DNA of 58,013 bases, from positions 1 through 58,013 of the forward strand of contig NW_021833685.1 of NCBI RefSeq assembly GCF_006345805.1. The letters are read 5' to 3'. The stretch is from Octopus sinensis. Lineage: Eukaryota. Positions 26,008 to 41,686 of the stretch are shown here, in pieces. Numbering within the stretch: position 1 is the stretch's first letter; each line of letters opens with the position of its first letter. The position numbers and the translations under genes were made by a program. The notes under the pieces are model-generated. The model had not been told where the DNA came from and made no database searches. It was given only the letters and a program-made list of their open reading frames with translations.

Positions 26008-28289
26008 TCCATGTACCTAATTATATATGCATGATAATATGTAATAATATACGTATGCATATATACAGACATACGTATCTCGCAGATGAGGACAGCATCT
26101 TATTCACCAAATGCCAAATAGCAAATGAACACGGAGCCAAACTATCAGCGATGACACGTTAACGCAGCAACACTCGAGATGAAACTAGTAAAATATTAAA
26201 AGAGATATTACATAGATATATATGATTTATGTTTAGTTGTGTTTCGAGAACTGAACTTTCGTCTGATGATAGCATTTGCTTCCTTCCAGTGCACATACCT
26301 ACATCCTGCTGAATAGGATAAACGTGTCAAGCATCGGATAAACAGATAATGGAGTACCGGCATGCAATTGAGCTCTAGCTCTTTCTTAGAAAATGTTAGC
26401 ATAAATTTATACTGAAAATCGAAGTAGGATCTGTAAAATATAATATCAGACGAAATTTAAGAAATACTAAATTTGAAATAATATTGTTGCGGTAAGTTAT
26501 TTGAAGGAAGAATGTAAATAGGACAATTCTGATATTTGTTTAAAGCAAGATCTTCAATTATTCTGCAACATTTTTTGGACTATTTTCATAGGTAGTGTAT
26601 GTTAGTTTTCATTGTAATGTATGTTTTTATCACATACTGTCTCCTAAAAATATTTACTGATGCTTCGGTTTTCATTTTGCTACACTCCCTCGTCTAACAT
26701 ATTTATCACAATCTTCATTTGCACTGATATTCCTTTCAAGTGATACATATTTCATATTTTTCTTTGCTTTTCGAACGCTCTTATATGATATCACTGTTAC
26801 AAGAATATTGTAAACTACGACCTGAGAATACTACACGAAGACAGATGTTTTGTTATATCTTAGCTTCTAGATAAAAGCTAACAAAATCAAAAAGAATATT
26901 TAAAAGCGAAAACAAAGTCACATTATAAGAACTAGCGGAAAACTGTATTATATATTTCGAGGAAAGCTTTATCAATATTCTGCATATTTTTTTCTTTTCT
27001 TAATATTTGTGGAAAGGAGCGAAGAAAACTGAAAGCGAATACAAGTCTTACAATAGATATAATGTATATCTAAAATTGAATATGTAAATATAACATAATT
27101 TATAGTTCCTTTTGCAGCAAAGTTCATAGACATCTATAACAATAGATATCTATCTTTACGTATGATAGATCAAGTCAAAAACCATGTTTCTTTTATTGAT
27201 TGTAACATCTATTTGGAAATATAGAAATAACACTTGTATATAAAGGTGAGAACACAAAGAAAAACCCCAAAAGATAAAGGTATCGGTAAAAACTATGACA
27301 TAAAAATATGGATGAAATATGTATTGTTATATCTATTTATATTTGCGAAATGTGTTATGGATATATTAAGAAAAAAACCAAACAATCCAAAAATCATATA
27401 TGCAAAGCGTAATGTTGAATATATTGGGAAAAGAATCAAGCATGAAAGAGGAGAAATAAGACAGGAAAAATAATAATCATATGAGGATATCATATTTATT
27501 TCCTGCTCCTTCTTCGGTGTGTAAACAAAAGCGAATATACACACATACATACAGATATACATACATATTTGTGTATGTATGTATTAACATGCACACACAT
27601 ATATGTATGCATATAAGTATATGTGTGTATATATATATATATAATATATTATATATAATATATTATATAATTATTTATGTATGAATATGTATGTACACAT
27701 ATATACATATACATAAATGCATACTTATACATGCGTGTATGTGTGCGTGTGTGTGTGTCCACATATAATGCACATACGACCATCTTCTCAGTAATAACAA
27801 TAGGAATAGATCATCAGAAAATCCTTACTCACAGCCATGAAACCCAGCTAGTTCAAAGAATGAGAACTAAACGGAAACATGAGAGCAACGGTTTAGTAAA
27901 CTCGAATGCAGATGCCTCTTTTAAGAAGACAATGAAAGAGATTTTAAAAGTGTTCACGTTGTGTTACACGCTTTTGTGTGACACTACTACTGTTTCCCTT
28001 CGTATGAATTCTGTCCATTAACATCTCACTGAATTACTTTGAAATTAAATTTATTAATACTGTCTTCTACTTCTTGTCAGAAGTGTGCTGTCTTTTATTG
28101 AACACTGCACTATCATAGTCACGTAGGTGACTTTCTGGCTCAGCTTTTTTTGTGCAGGAACGTATATATTTCTCATTTCAGTACAAATGTGCAGTGAATT
28201 GCGTGGTGGTAGAATCATCTCACAACCAGCTCGATTCATCCCTAACTCCTATGACTTTAGAATTCTTAAACCCAAGCTTTTGAGAGAAG

Positions 28290-28675
28290 AAAACGTCCTT
28301 AGACTTTGCATCTCAATTCTTCCTTGATTTAAGCAGTCACTGCATTTGAGTACCGCGCACAGTGCAAAAGCTTCAGTTCACAATGTTCTATTTGTTTTTG
28401 CTACCGCATCTGTGCACGGTAGCCTCTCTCAACTATGTACGAGTTTCAGTCGATGTTTGCCCGATGTCCATATCGATTTACAGATGTTGCATTTTATCGC
28501 ATACATAAAGCGCTTTCTAAGTCTATGCTGAGATGCTTTCCTTGAGATCTTCTCCCCATAAAATAACTGTTTCGACAGCCTGCAATCTTCCTTCCTGTCA
28601 ACATGACCAGCCCAATGATTCTGCTTCTACCCAATGATTCAATGCTGGTCCTGCTAGCTTTCTCAAAATCAAGTG
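28290..28675 (-). mobile_element. RTE/BovB-like LINE C-terminal relic
   Basis: Manual minus-strand translation QNHWAGHVDRKEDCRLSKQLFYGEKISRK matches the RTE WAGHVxRMxDxRLPKQLFYGE motif. Boundaries are approximate. Confidence 0.75.
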
Positions 28676-29615
28676 TGTAAGAGAACCACATTACGTCTTG
28701 GATGCGCCGGATATATACATACATACATACATACTTACATACATAATACATACACACACGCACATGTATACATACATACATACATACATACAAAAGTGTG
28801 TATGTGCGTGGATCAGAAGCCAGGGTGTTGTACTCATGTTCGCCAGATCACTGGTTCCCGGCCTGGGTGTTGTATTCTTGAACAAAGCACTTCATTCTAC
28901 GTTGTTGTAATGGTTGTGAGTGTGGTAGAACTGTTGGCGCATCAGCAGAGTTGCTGTACATTATATCTTACGGCTCCCTATATTCTCAGTTCAAATCCTA
29001 TCTGTCTGGAGAAGGCAACGAGACACCATACTCCACTATTCATTCTAATTCTAACCATGAATACGTTTCGTCCCACTAGTCCACTTAACGACGGCAGGGT
29101 AGATTGCAGTCTCTTCTCGGTTGCATAGACATTTAAAGACTGTTGGAGAAGGATGATATGCACAGGATATGCCCATGGGCAGAAGACATTAGAGATTACA
29201 CACAGAGACCCACAAACTAACCCACCCCACACACAAATGTAGCATCCAAGGATCGAGATGTAGAAGATGAGTTTCGAACAATCCGTAGAAAATATAAAAC
29301 CAGCTTCCAGGAACAATATTTGTTTATCGAGCGGTAGGTTGTGGTTTTTTTCCTTATCGAAGTACAATAAACTGAAAAAATATTTAATATTTCACGGTAG
29401 GCAGTTAGGGTCCCCAGGTAAACGGATAAAAATACAAAAGGTATTGAAGTACACTTCATTTAATCAAGAAAAGTAACCTGTGATATACACGTCGTCTGGA
29501 TATTTACCACCTCCTAGTTTCGCTCGCTTTGAAACATATGTTACATGGATTTTATCTACTCCATTCCTTACTTTTATACGTATGTGTTTGTGTGTGTTTG
29601 TATGTGTGTGCGTGT

Positions 29616-29654
<39 letters not shown>

Positions 29655-30118
29655 ACTATATATATAATATATTCAATTCAAAGAGACTGGGAGAGTTTAT
29701 ATTCATATTCCATTACGAGTCTTAAAATAATTTTCTAGTCCATAATTTAGTACACTAGTATGTTATCGATGGTTTATTACAGACAAATATATTACTTATT
29801 TCTGGCTTTATGTCTTCCTTATTGAGAGGTAAATTCCAACATTCAAAGGAACTACCAACAACTTTTGTTAATAAATGTACTGAGTGAACTTTAGCTAATG
29901 TTTGAAAGTGCGTAGCGTTTACAAAAAAAAATTATTTTATGTTCATTGACTTTGATACTTGTCCTTAGTGTGATGTAGCCTGTGATTTATGATAAACAAA
30001 ATTTGCATTCATTGTGTGCGGAGGAGAACAATGGAGGACAGAAAAAACGAAGTAAAAGTTATACTTTATTTCCAAAATACGTAATAATACGCTCTTGATG
30101 TGGAGTGAACATTAATTT

Positions 30119-30123
30119 TATCA

Positions 30124-30169
<46 letters not shown>

Positions 30170-30192
30170 CATCATCATCGCCATCATTATTA

Positions 30193-30232
<40 letters not shown>

Positions 30233-30257
30233 CATTATTATTATTATTATTATTATT
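30119..30257. repeat. (ATT)n/(ATC)n trinucleotide microsatellite
   Basis: Directly visible. Confidence 0.95.
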
Positions 30258-31250
30258 AAAATTATATGATTTACGTGTTTATTAATGTCACGGAAACTGA
30301 TATGAATACCAATAGAAATTAAGGATGATTATAAATCATTTCTTAACGTGTTGGAAAATACGGTCACATTTTCAAAATCCACTTATTTTTCATTTGATAA
30401 ACTTAAAAATCTGAGAATGCTTTAATTTCGCTTAAATCATTCCGTCCAAGTATAGATTCAAATAATATACTGCAATCACTAAAGAAAACTACAAAACCAA
30501 ATCTATCAAAACCTTCTTGGAATGTCGAAGTTACAACGTTAAATTACTGTATGCACTCTCTTTTAGTCATCGTTTCTCTATTTTTACATATTAACGAATA
30601 TCATCAACATGGTTTTATGGTTCCCGATTTAAAGCTTTAACAGGAATACATAAAATATTAGATCAGAAGAGAAATATAAAGACGAGAATAAAAGAGAATA
30701 TAAATTGACGAAAGGGTGGCTATTGTTTTCTATATACAAGAGATACTGTTTTATAAACACAAGTATATAAATAAAGAACCTATAAAAAATTTCCAGTTGA
30801 AAAGATCAAACAGTGAATACAGATCAGTCCTCAACTAAATATGGTCGCCATATCGGAATATCTTTCAACACTGAAATAAATGGAGAACGACTGTGTGTAT
30901 GAGTGCAAAAATGTAGTGTCATATGTAGAGATTCTGAGGATGTCGTCTTTGGTATTACGTAAAGTTAAAACGTGAATATTGTGTGCTACAGAAGGTAATT
31001 AATATACGGTGAAATCTGAAACGAGAAGTGGTCGAGCACGATATATGGCTGAAATACATATAATACGTATCGCCATGATAGATCGTTAGCCACTCCACAA
31101 TTTTTTTCTTTTCCTGAGCGTTATATTAATACATCTCTTTGTTTTGTACACCACCTGCCTTCGCCTTTTGTTTTTTTCGTAAACTTTCCCTATATATATA
31201 CGTGTGTGTGTGTACATATATACACATGTATATATACTTATATATGTGTG

Positions 31251-31283
<33 letters not shown>

Positions 31284-32438
31284 GTATGTGTATGTGTGTA
31301 GCTATGTAAAGACATTAAACTGAAGAATTTCTCAAGAGTTTTTTGCGGCATACATGTTTGGCATATGTTTCTAAGAAGAGGGCTAGCAATACCTTCGAAA
31401 TCACTGTCGCACTCCCCTTGTAAAAATGTAATATATATGTTCATCTTCGTATCTCTTTATATACATATTCATCTGCGAATATATTTAATTATATTCTCCC
31501 GTTGAACAAATATCTGGCATTCTACTGAAATTACGTGAACAGAATTTAATTTAAATACAGTAATTTTAATATAAATATTATATATTATTTATTTTTCCGT
31601 ACGTTTTCGTCATGAACATCTATCTGTTATTCTTTAATTCATGCATCTTCTTCGTGTCTATTAAATAAAAAATACTTGGGCATTTTGCCTGAAATATATA
31701 ATACATTCTTTGAACCACTAATTACAATGAGTTTAAAACAAATTTATTTATAGAATGGCTTAATTTTATTAAATCAGATATTAATGTGAACATTGAACAT
31801 AATTTCACGAAACGCAGGAGGGTGAATTTTCAACCTGACTATGTTTCTACATTTGTTGGAAAATAAAATCGTCTCTGCGATTGGGAGATGATTTATGCTA
31901 CCTCTACCACCGATCTCGATAATAATATCAAACTAAACTGTCTCAAACCAAAACAAACTGCCACAACAATATGAAGGCAAAATTGCATAATACACACAAA
32001 GATATCCTGTACAGAAAAAATAAAACCACACCACGGTTACAGGGGGAAAAAAACCTTGCCTCATATTGTAGATTTTCTCGATGAAGTATAAGCTGGTGAA
32101 AACAAGATCAACGATATTGATTTTAAAGCCCCATGGAATCTGATCTCAACTGCAGCAGATTGCAATCAGAAAATAGGAGAAGCGATAGAAGTTAACTGAT
32201 TCTGTATCACAATTGAGAATCTGTTTATGTTTTTCTACTTATCCAACTATCTATATCGATGCGTTTGTTTATGTGTGTATACACGTACGTATGTATGCAT
32301 TGGAGTAGGTAGGCGTGTGGGTATATAAGCATGAATGTATCAAAGCATGTATCTATGTATATATCAATTTTCTAATCTTTCCCACCTTCTTCTCCCCTCT
32401 GTGTCACTCTCGCAACTCTTTCTCTATACATATGTGTA

Positions 32439-32863
32439 CTAGCAGCATAGCCCGGCGTTGCCTGGGTATGTAAGAGCCCCTAGTAGGCAACTCTAATCCC
32501 AATCTAGTCCTTTCCCTCTAGGGAACGAAGGCGCATGTGTAGGTTGCAATGCCTTCTCTTCACTCGAATACTTCTGTGTATACGGTGTTCCTAGCTGTCC
32601 CTTTGGGCGATAAAAAGGTCGAGTTTTGTCCCCTAGACAGAAAATGTGTTGCATATAAAAAGCTTAGATTCTCGACCCCATGTCGAATTTATCGATTATT
32701 TTCGGACCTGTGGGAACTTTTCAAATGTTTCGCCGCGTTAGTTTTGAATTATGACATTGGGCTATGTGTGTGTCAAGTTTCATCAGAATCGGTTGAAAGC
32801 CATGGTCAGGGTGAGGGTACAACCTGACAGACACACAGACAGACAAACTGCCGTTTATATAGA
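32439..32863 (-). mobile_element. Non-autonomous Helitron, complete 425-bp copy
   Basis: Minus strand reads A|TCtatataaacggcag...cccaggcaacgccggg (subterminal hairpin) ctatgctgCTAG|T: TC start, CTAG end, A^T target, no TSD. Confidence 0.8.
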
Positions 32864-33087
32864 TATATATATATATATATATGTCTGTGTATGTACGTGT
32901 GTGTGCGTGTGTGTGTAGAGGCATATATCTATGTACGGATATATATATATATATATTATATATATATATATATATCGACTTTTGCACCCACGTCTACCAA
33001 TACGTAAAAGTATATATATATATATATATGTGATGTATATATATAATATAAGTGCATCACTCTCCACCCTCCCCCTCTCTCTCTCAC

Positions 33088-33119
<32 letters not shown>

Positions 33120-35173
33120 TCATACATATACATACATGCATACATATATAGCGCTAGAAACTGAAATCACACTCTATAGTGTTCCCTATCTGGCTATGCA
33201 AAGACTGTTTTCATTACGGCAATGCTTTTGTTCACACGTAAGCTATGTCAGGATTGGGAAAGCGCTGCGCAGCTACAAAAGCGACATAATATAGTCCTCT
33301 ATGCCACTTCGTATCTTTCATTTACGCATTTTTAATTTGGAATCAAATTCATTTTAGCATTTGTGATCTCTTGAATGTGAATAGAAATTATTTATTTTGT
33401 GCCTTGTACGTGTAAGATGATTTTTGTTCTATAAAATGTAATATGTTCTTATTCGTATGTTCAAATGTCTGTAACTATATAATAACACTTGTTTCTTAAT
33501 TTCATCTTTTGTAGGTAAGTTTATTTTACTGTTTACTGATCACGCTGTACAATGAAGATTTACATAAGATGTTCAGGTTAGTTTAAAACTACATCTCTTT
33601 ATCAATATATTTTATGATATCCATATCTATTAGACATCGGCCGATATATCAGTAATTTTTTTGCATACATTCAAATATTCTTCATTTCCACCGGCTTATG
33701 AGTAGCATGATGGGTAATTCTATAGCGCTGTGCCAAACGAATGCTGCTACATGTATCCTGAAAGACAATCAGTTTCTCGTAAAACAAATATCAAAGATTA
33801 TATGTCCTTTTCTCTGAGATTTTTATGGAATCCGTATAAGAGTTTCTCCCATTGGAACTGATATTGAATTATTTGTTTGTGTATAGAACACAAATAATTC
33901 TCGCCGAGAAGGACAAATATTTTACATATACAATACTTGTACTCTGATAACATAGAATCAATGTCAAATTCAAAATGAATGATTTCTATAACATGTGTAA
34001 ACTAAGCGATCACGACCAAGAGGATGTTAATATAATACCATTTTCAATTATCACATAAGTTACGTGTTATAGATTTGTGCTTTAAGCCATAAGAAAAAAA
34101 CACTTGCAATCTCTGTACACTTTCGCATCGGAATACTTTCCCAATTGTTGGGAAGAGGTGATGTTGATAATCTAGCCTCCGATCGACAGATGTTCTGTTT
34201 TCTCTCCCTGCTCTTCTTCAAGTATCAAATATTCATCTTCTACTCGCAGCTAACCATTCTAGTCGTATCTCCAGTTATACATTTTCAACACATCTTCAAT
34301 TAACCCTTAAGCCTATTATGTCATCCATCAACAACACACACTAACCACTCCAAACACACATAACTCATCAGAATGACAGTAACTTTCTCCCATGTTTCTG
34401 TTTTCGCCGTTAACTTGAATTTGAAGCTCTTCAAGAAAAAGATGGTCCGCGACTGACATACTTCTATTGAAGACTTTTGAGAACAATAGATACAGCTTAT
34501 TCTTATTTTTTTTCTTTATCGTAATATGAACGATTTCGAATTGAAACATATATTCTATAGTACTGGTACTGTACTGCTTTTATTGACAGAAAATGTAATC
34601 GTGCCGTTAAAGTCTACTAAACTCTATGTAAGTGGATATTTTCGAGCTATCAACAGGTTAATGATACAATCCACAACAGACTGCATGTGAATTACTGCTG
34701 AAAGTGAGACACATTCGCCTGTATTACGCTACGTCTTATCCACAAATGGTAAAATCTTCTCCGTCTTATGACAATACATGGTCGACAGTCTATTACTGTT
34801 CAGTATTCATATATATACTTCATTGTTTTATCATAAGGAGTATGTATTGCACATTTCGTTTTTAAAGCAAAAGTAAGATACATTCAGCAATACTCATAAG
34901 TCTTTTCTCAGTACATTTACATGCTAATTTCATATAGATTGTTGACTACATCTTTAGATATAGCATCGATAAAAATAGATATGAGGAATAGCAAATTATA
35001 TTGAAAATAGCCTCTATTATATTGTTATTTAAGAACAATTTTAACAATAACACAAATACATACTATATTCGTTATAAAAAACAAAGAGAGACATTGGTGT
35101 AGCTAACCCTCTTAAAGTAGTTGAATTATTTAGAAAAGATTTCATTGTAAAAAATATATATTTAATATAGCAT

Positions 35174-35478
35174 AGGAACAAAAGTGGCTGTGTGGTAACA
35201 TGGTTCCGGGCTCAGTCCCACTGCGTGGCACTTTGGGCGAGTGCCTTCCCTTATAGCCTTGTGAGTGGATTTGGTAGACAGAAACTGAAAGAATCCAGTC
35301 GTATATATGTTTGTGTGTGTTGTGTGTGTATGTTTGTGTGCTTGTGTTTACCCCCACCCCACCCCACCATCGCTTGACAACCGATGTCAGTGTGTTCACA
35401 TTCCCCGTAACTTAGCGGTTCGGCAAAAGAGCCCGATAAAATAAGTACTAGGCTTACAAAGAATAAGTCCTGGGGCTG
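35174..35478 (+). mobile_element. SINE family B, deleted and diverged copy
   Basis: gtggctgtgtggtaa..cagtcccactgcgtggcac..gagtggatttggtagac..ttagcggttcggcaaaagag. Confidence 0.85.
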
Positions 35479-36598
35479 CAATCAGATGATTTAAACAAAT
35501 AAAACAATAGCATATGCATTCCAATACTGTACTACATTTATCAACTGTAAAACATTGCAGCTTTATTGTTTCCTTTTGGTGCTCAGCCCATTTCAGGACA
35601 TTGATAAATTAATGTCTTAATTTTCCTATTTTACCCAACAGATTTTGTCAAATCTATCAGATTCGCATCCAATTATTTACTTGTTCATGTTAAAGAGATT
35701 GATTATATTGCTAAAGTAAAACTAATGATGGTGTGGTCATCGGCTCGTATGTTACGGATCTTGTAGAACGCTGTTTGTATAATTTTACCATCAAGTTTGG
35801 ATCCTAAATTGCAATTGGAACATTCAACACGGATGCATCTTAAATGTGTATACACTCACGGAAATATACAACACTAAATATGAATCAAAAATTAATTTCA
35901 TATTACCTATGTTTTTTGTATATAACATGCATCGTGGTCGGTGCGTCTGTAGATTTTCTTTTCAATATCAAATTGAAGAAGTTCACCTCCATTTTAGTGC
36001 GTATCTCCCGGAGGAGCATAATGAGGACTATCTGTTTCATTCAAAATATAATAACATTCATATATAATTATAGTTAATCGTTAATTAATGACTGGTGAAT
36101 AAAATAATGACACTTTTTTGTTTAAAAATTTGCCTCTGTTTTCGCGTTCCTTGTGGTTAAATGACGAAAGAAACAAGACTACTCGTAGCTTCTTCAGCCA
36201 TATTACATATTATCCGTGAATTTCTTCACAAATTTCAATTAATTATATTTCATTGTTGTACTGTCTAATGAACATAATATCTTAATTACTTTGGTCTTTT
36301 GAATAGCAAAATATTGAATCTAACATATACGATGAAATACTAATTAGTGCTCGTGCATTCAGTTGACAAATCGTTCTAAACGTCGCTATGTATGTTACCA
36401 AACACGCACAAACAAGCTCGTGAATCTGTGTGAATGTATGGGTGCTTGTGAAGATATGAATATACGCATGCATAGATGTCTGCACTTCTGTTTGTATGTA
36501 GTTATATATTTGCGCTTGTATTTGTGGAAATAGTTATATGCATGTGTGAAAATATATATATGTATGTATCTATATATATAAAGAGCCTGAGAGAACGA

Positions 36599-36636
<38 letters not shown>

Positions 36637-36983
36637 CAGACAGACAGACAGTGATGTATATGTTTGTATGCATTTGTGGGTAAAAAGTGTATGTGTGTAT
36701 TTATTGATTATGTGGACGATGAACATGTTTGTGCATCTGGCAATGTTTTTGAATAACTGTTTTTCAATGAAGATACTTAGTGTAATATAATGAAGAAAAG
36801 GATAAATAATAGAAAAATAAACGATACAGACGAAGGGATGGAAAGCAAGAGAAGAAAGTAAAGATGATATAACAGACGCAACACAGTGAGTTTATTTAAG
36901 TAAGAGACTTACTTATATTAGACTCACACGCTAGTATCAATTCCTTCTTTTTTACACGCGTCAGTTATGACAATCATATATAT

Positions 36984-37420
36984 ATTTCTTTATTTCTAAC
37001 AGGGGGCTAAACATCTAGGATCAAACAAGGACAAAGGGTTTAAGACGATTACATCTATCCCAGTGTATAACTGGTACTTGTTTAATTGACCACGAATGGA
37101 TGGAAGGCAAAGTCAACCTCGGCGGAGTTTTGAACTCAGAACGTAACAGCAGACGAAATATCGCTAAGCATTTCGCCCGGCGTTCTAACAATTCTGCCAG
37201 TTCACCGCCCTATAACAATCTTATATTCTTTTCTACTCTAGGCACAATGTCCGAAATCTGGGGGAGGGGGCAGTCGATTTGAATGGTACTTAATTTATGG
37301 ACCCCGGAAAGAAGGAAAGGCAAAATCGACCTCGGCGGAATTTGAACTCAGAACGTAAACGCAGACGAAATGCCGCTAAACGTGTCACCCGGCTTGATAA
37401 CGTTTCTGCCAGCTCGCCTT
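36984..37420 (-). mobile_element. Two tandem SINE family A copies (36984-37210, 37225-37420)
   Basis: Each contains cctcggcgga.tttgaactcagaacgtaa and ttctgccag.tc.cc; the two have different tail types. Confidence 0.85.
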
Positions 37421-37580
37421 AAGACAATCATAAATTAAGACGGAACTGATTTCTAACGTAAATGCATTGTCAAAGCAACTACAATGGAAGACTGATGCAT
37501 GATATAAACGTCCCGAAGGAGACATGAATTGTTTAGGGATATAGATACATTTAACAACGCATCAACTGTTGCTGAAGATC

Positions 37581-38342
37581 CAGTGGTTCTCAATCATGTT
37601 TTAACTAAGGACATTTTGATTACTATCCCATTCTGGTTACCCCCACAAAGCCATTCAATGTTTAGAAATTTTTTCTAAAGATACTTTTTTTTCAAAATTG
37701 CTATTTCGTTTCTCAGATTCTCACTTACTCTTTTACTTGTTTCAGTCATTTGACTGCGGCCATGCTGGAGCACCGCCTTTAGTCGAGCAACTTGACCCCG
37801 GGACTTATTCTTTGTAAGCCCAGTACTTATTCTATCGGTCTCTTTTTGCCGAACCGCTAAGTAACGGGGACATAAACACACCAGCATCGGTTGTCAAGCA
37901 ATGCTAGTGGGGACAGACACAGACATACAAACATACACGCACACACACATATATATATATATATACATATATACGACGGGCTTCTTTCAGTTTCTGTCTA
38001 CCAAATCCACTCACAAGGCTTTGGTCGACCCGAGGCTATAGTAGAAGACACTTGCCCAAAGTGCCACGCAGTGGGACTGAACCCAGAACCATGTGCTTGG
38101 TTAGCAAGCTACTTACCAAACAGCCACGTTTCCAATAGAGCTCTGAGAGAACGTATTTCAGTGGCTGGGAACATGTTAGACTATGTAAAACGCAAGAGAA
38201 AGAAACGTAGCTATTTCATGTAATCAATACATCTAAAATAAAATTATTTCATAAGCACTTAATGTACTGTGGAGCCCAGTTTCCTATTTATTCTTGCATT
38301 AACCCCCAAAATTCTTCTGTGGACCCCGGTCGAGAATTACAG
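37581..38342. mobile_element. Possible old hAT (Charlie-like) MITE interrupted by a SINE
   Basis: Left end cagtggttctcaa; right end gtggaccccggtcgagaattacag approximates ggttgagaaccactg; no TSD recovered. Confidence 0.45.
37727..38127 (-). mobile_element. SINE family B copy
   Basis: Highly similar to 24242-24659. Confidence 0.9.
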
Positions 38343-38472
38343 CTCTACATACACTCTGTGACTTTCATTGTTTTTATATGAAGTCAATATTCATTTTTAA
38401 GGTGGGTGTAAAGATACGTGCGAGAATGTATAAGTGTGTATGTCTGTACATATATTATATGCATAAGTATAA

Positions 38473-38542
<70 letters not shown>

Positions 38543-39944
38543 CGTATGTATGTATAAGCAGCCGGAGAGATTGACTCGAATTTATGTAGGATAAACATAC
38601 TAGCGGCATTAATGTTAACATATGGTGAACCTCATACGTATTTCACTGAACTACATTGACGACTCTGTAACGAAGGTTGCAAAGAGACGCATAAAAACAT
38701 GCACGATCACAAACACACAACCAGACAATACCCACAGTCACATATATGAGTAGCTTTTTGCCGATATTAGTCAGTTTCAGTCGCTCCTGGTCATTTGTTG
38801 AAAACATCCGTTCGATGCATCGTGCTGTGCCGAAAACTGGAATTATTTGTGATAGGAAAATCATGGCTGAAATAATCTTCAGAGGGGAAACATGACTTGC
38901 AACTAAAAGGACTTATAGCGAATTAGCTTCTTCATAAATTTTGGCCGCCCACTATATTAGGTTGGATCAAATAAAAGCTGCGCTATACGCATGTCCGAAT
39001 AATAAATGCTTGCTATACGCGTGTCCGAAATATGTTCTCTAGTTCGCGAAGAAGACGCGGTGTTTAAATATTATATATATTTCACAATGAGGTGCCAATA
39101 TCTAAGTAATGTAGACACCAAGTATAAAAAATAAGGGATTATCATATTACCTCAGAGTATCTGAATTCATTAGCCCACAAGAGAATATTAAATAATGCAA
39201 GGGGCAGCGTAAATTTTACTCAGAATACGAACGCACAAACAAGCTGTTTGAAAGTTAATTACTAGTTATCGCCTAGCTACTTTGTCTTTATTCCACAACC
39301 CGAAAATGAATGGCATCATAGTAAACTGATATGAAGGGATGAAGAATTTATTTCTCCTATGTTTGTCTTGAAATGTAAAAGAATAATGTACATTTTATTG
39401 AACAAAATAATTGCTGTTTTGCACAGCATGTGTTGATTATATCAGTAGATATCGCAGAAAAGTATTTAAATCGCTGAAAACTTGTATTCTTTGACATAAA
39501 GAAATGCAATAATTTGTACATTCTCTTGCTACTAACAGTGGTACATTGTACAATACGTTTATTTATTTCGCATTGCCAGGATCTTCCTATTCATACGAGC
39601 AGTGCAGCCACTTAATGGCGTATTCACTACAGTTGAATGCTATTATGGTTTATCATCTCAATATGCGAGCATAAACACACAGACACACGCACACTGAGAC
39701 AAACACAAACACACACATACATATGCACATATGTATGCATGCATGTATATATGCATGTATGTATGTATGTATATATCTATCTATATATCTATATATCTAT
39801 ATATCTATCTATATATATATATATATATATATATGTAGACGTGTACATATCTTTATATGCACAGATATACATACATACATACATATATATCTATGTTTAT
39901 ACATATATTTATATACATATATATATGTATATATATATGTATAA

Positions 39945-39988
<44 letters not shown>

Positions 39989-40023
39989 TTTATATGTATA
40001 TATAATTACATATGTCTGTCTGC

Positions 40024-40068
<45 letters not shown>

Positions 40069-41002
40069 TATGTGTGTGTGTGTGTATGAGTCTGAATTGA
40101 ATGGTCATGGAATGGGTGAACAGTGAGAGCATATTATGAGTAAATATGCAAATATACACACTTCAAGACATGAAAAGTATTATTGTCTGCAACATTGAAT
40201 ACATTCTTACGCGTAAAAAGATGAAAAACGGCATTACTTTAAAAGAGGAAATGTTTTTCGCTTCTTACATCTTCAGTATAAAATTTGCAAAAAAATTCAT
40301 TATGCCATCACAAGATACTACTTCTTTTTTTGAAGTATATTTTTTGAAGTTCCATTCTCCATTCGAAACTCACACACAAACACTCATACACACAGATATG
40401 TATATATATAGATAGAGAGAAATATAGATGGAGATATATCCACGCATCCATACAAGCAATGTTTTTTACTAACGTATTCTGATAAAGTGTTTTACTGCTG
40501 TAAAATTACTAGCTATCATTTCAATATGATATTTTTTTCTGGTTTCTTTAGAAATTTAATTCCGTTATATCAGCTCTAACTAAGCTAACTGGTTGAAAAG
40601 CATATATCGTTATTTTTTAAGCCTGCATAAGTCATCTTCGACCAGCCTTGAACATGCTGACTCTATTTTGTTTTGATATTTTTGCAAAATATAGCAGTTA
40701 GATTTTAGGGTTATTTAATAGTGCAGTTTAAGTACAATACATGAGAAAAATTGAACTAATTACGAAAATATTTTGGGGTATACTAAAAGTTAATCTACTT
40801 AACGGTTCACGCATTCATTGTTGATAAGGCTTACTATCAATAGGGCCTTCAGTAAAATTATATATTTCATATTTGCGGACCAGATTGGCTAATTAATTAC
40901 TGGTCTAGCACATACATAACACTTTTTCTGAATTGTCTACTAACAACGTATACATACACACATATATACTTGCACACACACAAACAGAAGCATATAATAA
41001 AG

Positions 41003-41057
<55 letters not shown>

Positions 41058-41591
41058 AAGAAATGTAAGGTAGAGTGCCCATGTAATTGATAATACAGAA
41101 CATCCGATCACTGAAATTATTTCATAAGGAGTAGATATAACCATACAACCTACCTCTATATTTACTAAATTGGTGTAAAGAAAGATATCAACTGTTACAG
41201 GCTATACGAATCCAATTTTGCTAAGTTTCGGCCCTCTTCTGTAAGTAAAAGGAAATATTGTGTTTATACTTAGTGTCGAATTGTTGGAGTAGTCATGACG
41301 CTCCGATGATCTGATGAGTTAGCTTTCATTGTTTGCATTAATTTGTGATTATACAACTGTATCATATAATGCTATGTATACATATTAATGAAAACATATA
41401 CACTTGACTTCTTCCATACTGAAACTAATACGATATGAAGAGAGTTTCGAAACGGTCGTTATTCTATGGAATTCCCGTTCTTAAATATGTATATGTTCAT
41501 TTTACACGCCTCCTTAATTTATGATTATATATATACATACATACATAAATATAGACATATATATATATATTATATATATATATATATGTGT

Positions 41592-41633
<42 letters not shown>

Positions 41634-41686
41634 AATATATACTGTGAGGTTTCTAGAGAACTCCTAACACTATATCTCCGTACTAT

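Noticed and set aside
28673-29367. ORFs of 129-151 aa in non-microsatellite sequence
   Set aside because: No recognisable domain; they overlap decayed SINE heads and simple repeats.
31070-31192. Segment ending in (TA)n that resembles another pseudo-LTR tail
   Set aside because: No hammerhead core, inverted arm or second copy within the window to support the call.
41425-41465. atgaagagagtttcgaaacggtcgttatt hammerhead-like string
   Set aside because: Core C missing, stem III not palindromic, stem I out of register.
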